From an uncultured virus (IMG/VR IMGVR_UViG_3300015360_000035) (taxonomy: Duplodnaviria; Heunggongvirae; Uroviricota; Caudoviricetes): a stretch of 20,000 bases of DNA. The notes under the pieces were generated by a model, which did not search any database, was not told where the DNA came from, and saw nothing but the letters and a program-made list of their open reading frames with translations. The stretch lies in the IMG/VR virus record IMGVR_UViG_3300015360_000035; one strand, given 5' to 3'. A program made the translations under genes and the position numbers. Below are positions 14,578-20,000 of this stretch, piece by piece. Every line of letters starts with the position of its first letter. Position 1 is the stretch's first letter.

Positions 14578-15000
14578 TTATACAAAATCTAAATCCGTTG
14601 CAAGAATCTTAAACTTGGTGCTTGCATCTCGTTTTACTCGTTCTTCTTGAATCTTATCAACTCTAGCAATATTTGCTTCTACATCATACTTTACTTGAAC
14701 AACTTCATGTTTATTCGTAACTTTATTAAGTCTAACCCCAATTGCTACATCTGTCAATAGAATATTATCAGACCAAGCTGGAATTGTAATAGCGCTTATA
14801 GGTTCTGCTGTTGTAGTTAATGTAATAGGTTTACCAATATCTTGTTCAGGTAAAATAACAATTGAAGGTTCTTGTGAAGGTTCTTGTGAAGGTTCTTGAA
14901 AAGCCTTAATATGTTCAGAGAGCTTATCAGCAACTTCTTTAGAGAAGCCTTGCAAGCTTACTTTACCGCCACTTAGTTCTATAATCCTAGGTCTACTCAT
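14578..15000 (-). CDS. Hypothetical protein with QEPS repeats
   Basis: Start MSRPR at 15000 (AAAGGA SD); 15039 is also possible. Low-complexity central linker. Confidence 0.7.
   Translation of the reverse strand: MSRPRIIELSGGKVSLQGFSKEVADKLSEHIKAFQEPSQEPSQEPSIVILPEQDIGKPITLTTTAEPISAITIPAWSDNILLTDVAIGVRLNKVTNKHEVVQVKYDVEANIARVDKIQEERVKRDASTKFKILATDLDFV
14863..14898. repeat. 12-bp tandem repeat, three copies (TGAAGGTTCTTG)
   Basis: Three perfect copies encoding QEPS-QEPS-QEPS on the minus strand. Confidence 0.95.
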
Positions 15001-15040
15001 TAATTTATCCTTTATGAAAGTTCTTAGCCTTTGTAACATA

Positions 15041-15640
15041 TTATCCTACAATGCGAGCATTTGCAAGTAATAAGATCTCACAAACGTGATTAAGGCGTTC
15101 TAAATGTTCGAATGCATTCCAAATACTTGTTCCTATAGCAATAACTCCATGCTTCTCTAATCCAACAATATCAAAATAAGCTCCGCCTTCTTCATCTAAA
15201 CATAATGTTTTTACGGTAACTTCTGCTAGTTCTTTAGATAAAGGAGCATAATACTTAACATTGGGTCCAACTTTAGTATATCTACTGATTTCAGGAAACT
15301 TCTTGGTTACTTGATCTAGGTCATAGCCAGCTTCCATTGCTGCAATACTATGGGTAGGGTGAGCATGAAGTACTGCCCGGCTCTTCTCTTTAAACGCCTT
15401 CTGAAGCTCCCAATGAAGCTGTAGCTCACCACTTGGGGTGATGGTATGGGTTTGTGGCTTATTGTCGACTATAGGCAATTCTAAGATGTCTTTTTCATAT
15501 ATCTCGTGCTTTCTTATACCACTAGGAGTAATATAGAGAACATCATCATTTTTATAACGAAAACTGACATTACCGTCTCTAGTTGTAATCCAACCTCGTC
15601 GGTAGCACTCTCTTAGGACATCTCCTACATCTTTCTTCAT
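15041..15640 (-). CDS. Class II aldolase/adducin family protein (FucA/AraD/MtnB-like)
   Basis: DGNVSFR, ITPSG, PSGELQLH, AVLHAHPTH (zinc ligands), KHGVIAIG. Confidence 0.92.
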   Translation of the reverse strand: MKKDVGDVLRECYRRGWITTRDGNVSFRYKNDDVLYITPSGIRKHEIYEKDILELPIVDNKPQTHTITPSGELQLHWELQKAFKEKSRAVLHAHPTHSIAAMEAGYDLDQVTKKFPEISRYTKVGPNVKYYAPLSKELAEVTVKTLCLDEEGGAYFDIVGLEKHGVIAIGTSIWNAFEHLERLNHVCEILLLANARIVG

Positions 15641-15646
15641 AATAAT

Positions 15647-15682
15647 AATATACTTTACTTTGATCCTATTTACAAGTAAAAT
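15647..15682. promoter_or_regulatory. Overlapping divergent sigma70 promoters, both leaderless
   Basis: Minus: TTGTAA (15675-15670), N17, TATATT (15652-15647), N6, ATG (15640). Plus: TTTACT (15654-15659), N17, TAAAAT (15677-15682), N6, ATG (15689). Neither gene has an SD. Confidence 0.7.
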
Positions 15683-15688
15683 ATTAAT

Positions 15689-16096
15689 ATGAAATGGTAT
15701 GTTTCTTTATTATTATGTTTATTAACTTCTTGTGGTGGCATAAATCCCGAATTTGAACCTTACTATAAGAGTTTTGCTAAGGACTTTAATATCTTCCCTT
15801 ATACAATCGGTGCTGACTTTGGTAAACTAGAAGATGGTATTGGTGCTGTGTGTAATCATGGCCTATTAAAAATAACAGTAAAACAAGACTATTGGAAAGA
15901 TTTGGATGAGCAAACTAGATTAGAGCTGATTTATCATGAACTATTACATTGTACCGTTTGGGCTAAGCACACTGATAAGAAACTAGCTGATGGATGTCCT
16001 AGTTCGATCATGAACTCTATTAACTTTGGTGCTCCTTGTTTTGTTGATCATAAACAAGAATATATTAATCAATATAAAAGAATATCTACTCTTTAG
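15689..16096 (+). CDS. Lipoprotein with HExxH zinc-metallopeptidase motif
   Basis: Signal peptide MKWYVSLLLCLLTS-C (lipobox), ELIYHELLHC...H, and a SIM Met-turn-like motif. Only credible plus-strand gene in the window. Confidence 0.8.
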   Translation: MKWYVSLLLCLLTSCGGINPEFEPYYKSFAKDFNIFPYTIGADFGKLEDGIGAVCNHGLLKITVKQDYWKDLDEQTRLELIYHELLHCTVWAKHTDKKLADGCPSSIMNSINFGAPCFVDHKQEYINQYKRISTL

Positions 16097-17162
16097 TTTC
16101 TGGAATAATTAAATCATCAGTTTTACCGAACCAACAGAGATTATAATAATTGCATTGCATCATTGGGGTTGGGCGACAAGCTGACAGATTAGAATACCAG
16201 TTCTCTTTCTTAATTCCCTCATTAGCAGAATCAAAAGAATCAAGTACTAGGTTGACAGCATTCTCATGTGGCTTATTAATAATGACTTGAATATCACATT
16301 CAGGATGAATTGTTTCTATCCACTCACCATTACACCGAGTACCATCTATTTCATTAAAACAAGTCTTGTGTCTAGCCCCAGAGCCATTAAACTTACATAC
16401 AGAACATTCTTTTTCTTTATTCTTATGAATACCTTTTCTTAGTACAATAAATCCAAGAGCATCTAATTTATATTGATCCTTAACTCCATGATAATAACTT
16501 AGTAACTGAGGACTTTTAGATGCACTATCCTGTTCGTATTCCCTGGCGCTTGTTTTATTATCCATTAGGATGTTCTGCCCGTTCTCCCAAGTAACAACTA
16601 AATCCAAATACTGAATAATCTTTTCACCGTCAGAGTTTTCTAAATAGTTTTCTTTTTGAACAGCAAGCACTTCCTTAATACGAGGTAATACTTTCTTAAC
16701 ATAACTATGAAGCATGATTAAGCCTTTTCTGTAAAGAGAAAGCCAATTCATATAATTATAGTATTCTTTATCTTTTAGTTCTAGATTATCCCAACCTTTA
16801 AATTTCTTATCTTCCAAAATTAGTTTATATCTTGGATTTGAGTTTTCTCCAAGCTTAACCCAATCTTCATTAGTTAGTAAATCAGAATCATAGTCAGCTT
16901 CAGCATAAACAATCTCTGTATTTTTGGATAATGAAACATACTTCTTATTTACCCATTGGAAGTTCCAAGACTTATCAAATTCCTTTATAGCTTCCTGTAT
17001 GTCTTTAGTAAGTAGTAGTTTATTTAAGGATGTATCGATAGCTGAGCCAAATAAAAGGGCAGCGTGTGTGTATTTTGACTTATAACCCTTTTTATATTGG
17101 TAGAAGTATTTCTTACCGCAGGTGTTAAATGTTGTAATGCTTGAATAACTAAGATTTTTCAT
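16086..17162 (-). CDS. PD-(D/E)XK Cas4/AddB-like exonuclease
   Basis: LSYSSITTFNTCGKKY, LDLV...MDNKT, QLLSY. C-terminal C-x6-C-x4-C plus the N-terminal Cys fit an Fe-S staple. Internal CSVC...C...C insert. Confidence 0.88.
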   Translation of the reverse strand: MKNLSYSSITTFNTCGKKYFYQYKKGYKSKYTHAALLFGSAIDTSLNKLLLTKDIQEAIKEFDKSWNFQWVNKKYVSLSKNTEIVYAEADYDSDLLTNEDWVKLGENSNPRYKLILEDKKFKGWDNLELKDKEYYNYMNWLSLYRKGLIMLHSYVKKVLPRIKEVLAVQKENYLENSDGEKIIQYLDLVVTWENGQNILMDNKTSAREYEQDSASKSPQLLSYYHGVKDQYKLDALGFIVLRKGIHKNKEKECSVCKFNGSGARHKTCFNEIDGTRCNGEWIETIHPECDIQVIINKPHENAVNLVLDSFDSANEGIKKENWYSNLSACRPTPMMQCNYYNLCWFGKTDDLIIPETKE

Positions 17163-17401
17163 TTCGAGTACTCCTTAATCATTCTTTTTATTAAAGGTTT
17201 AATTTTCTTTTTTACAACAGATTCTAAATCGAGATTATTACTCTTAATAGCAGTTTCTGCTACTAGCTTAATAAAAATATCAAAAGGTAATGGTATATTA
17301 TATTTTTCATTTAATCTTATAAGCTCTTTAGTTATTAATCTTTTTTGTCTAGTGATTTCTTTTTTAAACTGTAAATCAGTTTGTTTTTTTATTTTACTCA
17401 T
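17159..17401 (-). CDS. Basic hypothetical protein
   Basis: 80-aa Lys-rich ORF with ATGA overlaps at both ends. Confidence 0.7.
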   Translation of the reverse strand: MSKIKKQTDLQFKKEITRQKRLITKELIRLNEKYNIPLPFDIFIKLVAETAIKSNNLDLESVVKKKIKPLIKRMIKEYSK

Positions 17402-17616
17402 AATGACGTTTCCCTTTTAAATTCAGTAAACCAAACAAGCACAAAACTAACTAGTGCCATGATCACAGCTATTCCCCAACCTTGTACGCCACCACCAACC
17501 AAATCCTTAATCAAAGAACCAGCTCCTGCTCCTAACACTACTCCAAGTAATCGTCCAAGGCTAGCTAAAAATGATCGCTTAAGTGCTTTTTTATTTGTAG
17601 TAGTCAATTTTTTCAT
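17398..17616 (-). CDS. Two-TM membrane protein
   Basis: Two Gly-rich hydrophobic segments after a basic N-terminus. Confidence 0.75.
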   Translation of the reverse strand: MKKLTTTNKKALKRSFLASLGRLLGVVLGAGAGSLIKDLVGGGVQGWGIAVIMALVSFVLVWFTEFKRETSL

Positions 17617-17749
17617 TAACTTTTACTCGTAAATTACAATCATCACATTTTTCACATTTAATAGCATTAACATCTGGTTCTAGCCAATAACTAGTAGTCC
17701 ATTTATGGCCACAATAATAACACTCAAAGCAATATTCATTACTAGACAT
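17591..17749 (-). CDS. 52-aa zinc-ribbon protein (not in ORF track)
   Basis: Hand translation MSSNEYCFECYYCGHKWTTSYWLEPDVNAIKCEKCDDCNLRVKVNEKIDYYK*, with two CxxC pairs. Confidence 0.7.
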   Translation of the reverse strand: MSSNEYCFECYYCGHKWTTSYWLEPDVNAIKCEKCDDCNLRVKVNEKIDYYK

Positions 17750-17813
17750 AAATTAATAATCCTATAGGTAGGAAAGCAAACAAAAATGTAATAACTAACA
17801 CAACCTTAACCAT
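17742..17813 (-). CDS. Possible 23-aa hydrophobic peptide
   Basis: MVKVVLVITFLFAFLPIGLLIYV*, the non-overlapping 3' part of track ORF 17742-17978. Confidence 0.35.
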   Translation of the reverse strand: MVKVVLVITFLFAFLPIGLLIYV

Positions 17814-17871
17814 AAACTTATTTCCAACATAGCGTTGTTTGAAATTAGTATAAATTACATTTTCTTTCTTA

Positions 17872-18144
17872 CTATACTTTAAAAACGGCATCGCAGTAAT
17901 AAGCGTGACCCGGTGGAGTATTTGGGCTATGAGTTGCTTTTGCTCCGCAGGTACAATCTCTTTCCTTATTCCATTCAATTAGATCATCTTCTGTAAATAC
18001 AGATACTTCTTTTCTACCATTCTCAAAATGCTCCAACCACCACATGCGTTCAACACCATGGAAGTCAGCAAACTCTAGAATGGTAGCACTAACAAATGTA
18101 CCTTTGCCATTTTTGATTTTAAGAACTGTGCCTTTAGAATACAT
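17872..18144 (-). CDS. Hypothetical protein with C-terminal Cys/His zinc finger
   Basis: CTCG...HAYYC at the C-terminus. Starts 1 nt after the upstream stop. Confidence 0.75.
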   Translation of the reverse strand: MYSKGTVLKIKNGKGTFVSATILEFADFHGVERMWWLEHFENGRKEVSVFTEDDLIEWNKERDCTCGAKATHSPNTPPGHAYYCDAVFKV

Positions 18145-18145
18145 A

Positions 18146-18430
18146 TTATGATTCTAATACAATTCGTTTTTTATATTCTTTACGTTTTTCGGTAGTAATA
18201 CTCACACCAAGCTCCAAAAGAGCAGAACGCGCTGCTAGTTGAGCTGATGATAGGGTTGATCCTCTACCAGTGAGGGCAACAGTTCTTGTTTCAGCATCAA
18301 CCACACTCCAAACATTGGCAGCAGAGTCAATAAGTACTATATATTGAGCCCCATTATTACCGTGATAGTAAATGCGAATTGATTCTAGTGTACCATTATC
18401 TAATCTTTTATATCTTACTCGTTCTTGCAT
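18146..18430 (-). CDS. Hypothetical protein
   Basis: Strong AAGGAG SD and a dedicated promoter upstream. Confidence 0.8.
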   Translation of the reverse strand: MQERVRYKRLDNGTLESIRIYYHGNNGAQYIVLIDSAANVWSVVDAETRTVALTGRGSTLSSAQLAARSALLELGVSITTEKRKEYKKRIVLES

Positions 18431-18447
18431 AATATTCTCCTTCTATT

Positions 18448-18476
18448 ATAATACTTAATAATGAAAGTTAAGTCAA
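18448..18476 (-). promoter_or_regulatory. Sigma70 promoter
   Basis: TTGACT (18476-18471), N17, TATTAT (18453-18448), then AAGGAG SD. Confidence 0.75.
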
Positions 18477-18739
18477 GGTTTAAAAATATCATATCCAAGA
18501 ATATCACCGATGTATTCTTTTGTAATGTTTTCAAGCTCTTCAGGGTTTAGATGGAAAGGAGCAATCAGATCTTGTTTAATAATATTAAGAACTTTATTAC
18601 TGTAGTTGTCTAAGTAAATATCAAAAAGAACATCAGGAAGTAGTTTATAAGCAGGATTATGAGTCCTAATAATATTCTCAACCAATCCTTCTTTATTATT
18701 TAATAACCATTCAGTAATATCAAATTCTAGTTGTGACAT
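18473..18739 (-). CDS. Hypothetical protein
   Basis: 88-aa ORF starting 1 nt after the upstream stop. Confidence 0.7.
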   Translation of the reverse strand: MSQLEFDITEWLLNNKEGLVENIIRTHNPAYKLLPDVLFDIYLDNYSNKVLNIIKQDLIAPFHLNPEELENITKEYIGDILGYDIFKP

Positions 18740-18740
18740 A

Positions 18741-19010
18741 CTATTCTTTTAAAAAGGTATCGATGTCATAATCGCTATGACTAAAGTCTCTACCTTCCTC
18801 TTGTGTATCATATTCTCGATCTAAGCTATATTCATAGATTTCATTGTAGTCATCATGGTCTTGATCAACATCATTACCAACTCCATCTACAATAGAAATA
18901 TCAGTAATAACATTACTATAGGTTCCATCTTCCTTCTCAAGGTAACCTCCCACTTCTACAAAGTATTCAATTCCAGAACTTGCTACATATTCAAAGGTAT
19001 CTCTAATCAT
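18741..19010 (-). CDS. Acidic hypothetical protein
   Basis: Very Asp/Glu-rich. Start MIRD at 19010 with AGGAG SD. Confidence 0.75.
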   Translation of the reverse strand: MIRDTFEYVASSGIEYFVEVGGYLEKEDGTYSNVITDISIVDGVGNDVDQDHDDYNEIYEYSLDREYDTQEEGRDFSHSDYDIDTFLKE

Positions 19011-19170
19011 ATTTCTTCTCCTGTTCAACAGTGCTAGCTGCTTTCATAACTCCCATTACCCCGCCGAACATAATACAAGCCATAAACTGAACCCCAGCAC
19101 TCCACTCATAAGCATGACCTATAAGTGAAACTGTTACTGAAAATAGTAAACAATATAGAAAGTAAATTAT
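19003..19170 (-). CDS. 55-aa two-TM protein with an ATA (lost or non-canonical) start, not in ORF track
   Basis: IIYFLYCLLFSVTVSLIGHAYEWSAGVQFMACIMFGGVMGVMKAASTVEQEKKYD*. Fills the gap exactly; ATAA overlap with the upstream stop. Confidence 0.5.
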   Translation of the reverse strand: MIYFLYCLLFSVTVSLIGHAYEWSAGVQFMACIMFGGVMGVMKAASTVEQEKKYD

Positions 19171-19406
19171 TTAGTTTTTTTCCTAAGAATACCAGCAACT
19201 TGTGTCCAAAAGCCATGAATACCTCGCCAATACTTTTCATCAACTCGTTCTTGTCCGCGTTTGTCTTTATGGAAGAAAACTGGACCAGAGGGTACATTCT
19301 TCCAACCATCTTTATTCTTAGCAAACCCTTTAGCAATCTGCGTAGCCTTTGGTAATCCGTTCGCTTTTCTTAATTGTTCTGCAAAAACTTCAGCTTTAAT
19401 TTTCAT
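19167..19406 (-). CDS. Basic hypothetical protein
   Basis: TAAGGAG SD and an upstream promoter. Confidence 0.8.
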   Translation of the reverse strand: MKIKAEVFAEQLRKANGLPKATQIAKGFAKNKDGWKNVPSGPVFFHKDKRGQERVDEKYWRGIHGFWTQVAGILRKKTK

Positions 19407-19422
19407 ATAATCTCCTTATAAC

Positions 19423-19450
19423 ATAATACATAATTAATTAATAAAAGCAA
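19423..19450 (-). promoter_or_regulatory. Putative sigma70 promoter
   Basis: TTGCTT (19450-19445), N16, TATTAT (19428-19423). Confidence 0.5.
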
Positions 19451-19453
19451 CAA

Positions 19454-19567
19454 CTATCCTCTATTTAAAACTAAATACATCCAAGTTAAACACATAATTA
19501 AAGATGTTGTATATCCCAGAAAGAATAGTCCTAAAAACAAAACTAAAACTTTAACTATTTTTTTCAT
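19454..19567 (-). CDS. 37-aa membrane peptide
   Basis: MKKIVKVLVLFLGLFFLGYTTSLIMCLTWMYLVLNRG*, with AAAGGT SD. Confidence 0.55.
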   Translation of the reverse strand: MKKIVKVLVLFLGLFFLGYTTSLIMCLTWMYLVLNRG

Positions 19568-19664
19568 TTTTACCTTTTACTAATTTGTATATTTCATATA
19601 CTAGTATTAAAGATCCTCCGGGAAGAAAAAGGATTGCTACTGCTTTTAATAGTTTGTTTTTCAT
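19551..19664 (-). CDS. 37-aa membrane peptide with LPGG motif
   Basis: MKNKLLKAVAILFLPGGSLILVYEIYKLVKGKNEKNS*, ATGA overlap with the upstream ORF. Confidence 0.6.
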   Translation of the reverse strand: MKNKLLKAVAILFLPGGSLILVYEIYKLVKGKNEKNS

Positions 19665-19831
19665 TTTATCTTTCTTTTATTCTTGAAATCAATAGTAATT
19701 ACATTTGTTTTATCTTTGCTTGGAGGAACATACATCAATAAAGTACATCCGGGTAAGCTACAATCACATTTAGTAACATATTGTTGATTCTTCTTTATAA
19801 AATCTTCAGTAAAAAAGTAAATTTTTTCCAT
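19661..19831 (-). CDS. 56-aa hypothetical protein with C-x-C-x4-C
   Basis: MEKIYFFTEDFIKKNQQYVTKCDCSLPGC...NVITIDFKNKRKIK*. Tightly packed with neighbours. Confidence 0.6.
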   Translation of the reverse strand: MEKIYFFTEDFIKKNQQYVTKCDCSLPGCTLLMYVPPSKDKTNVITIDFKNKRKIK

Positions 19832-19832
19832 T

Positions 19833-19982
19833 TTATTCTCGAAAATCAGATTTAAATTTTACTTTTGTAAAACGTAATTTTTGTAAAGCCTGTTTACATT
19901 TTTTACATACATACTTTAGTAACACTGGATCTTGCATAATAGCTTCTTCTTCGCCATGAATCTTACAAGTAATCATTCTCAT
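19833..19982 (-). CDS. 49-aa zinc-finger protein (CxxHG...CxxC)
   Basis: MRMITCKIHGEEEAIMQDPVLLKYVCKKCKQ..., with GAGGA SD. Confidence 0.65.
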   Translation of the reverse strand: MRMITCKIHGEEEAIMQDPVLLKYVCKKCKQALQKLRFTKVKFKSDFRE

Positions 19983-20000
19983 TTCTTATCCTCGTTCTCC

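Noticed and set aside
16086..17162. CRISPR-Cas system suggested by the Cas4-like protein
   Set aside because: No repeat-spacer array, cas1 or cas2 seen; solo Cas4-like nucleases are common phage exonucleases.
17381..19355. ORFs 17381-17632 (+), 18855-19037 (+), 19125-19355 (+) and 19106-19336 (-)
   Set aside because: They overlap better-supported minus-strand genes that have SD sequences or coupled starts.
1..20000. Stop-codon recoding
   Set aside because: Long genes are intact in the standard code, and TAA, TAG and TGA all end genes at tight junctions.
1..20000. tRNA or rRNA genes
   Set aside because: Intergenic gaps are short and no cloverleaf or T-loop signature was recognised by eye.

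Overview
AT-rich (about 30% GC by eye) replication, recombination and nucleotide-metabolism region of a tailed dsDNA phage. Almost all genes are on the minus strand and tightly packed, often with ATGA-type overlaps. Recognisable genes: two HNH nucleases, dUTPase, a T5 A1-like metallophosphoesterase/nuclease, IMPDH/GMP reductase, family A DNA polymerase (Leu at the F762 position), an SbmA/BacA-like membrane protein, an AEP primase-SF4 helicase fusion, an ERF annealase, a class II aldolase, a Cas4-like exonuclease, and one plus-strand lipoprotein with an HExxH motif. The most unusual signal is a dispersed family of small genes with conserved ends and variable middles (MTFKEALDTG.RI...WYKKI...IHPDDQK..FNKEL..LL). 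Its C-terminal FN..L...L tag also ends two unrelated proteins. A fourth, broken copy (4383-4682) appears to be split by a roughly 220-bp fragment of a host-type BrnT/CopG-like toxin-antitoxin locus, leaving a truncated antitoxin ORF coupled to guaB. Several sigma70-type promoters are visible, three of them apparently leaderless. All homology calls come from motif recognition by eye; no searches were run.
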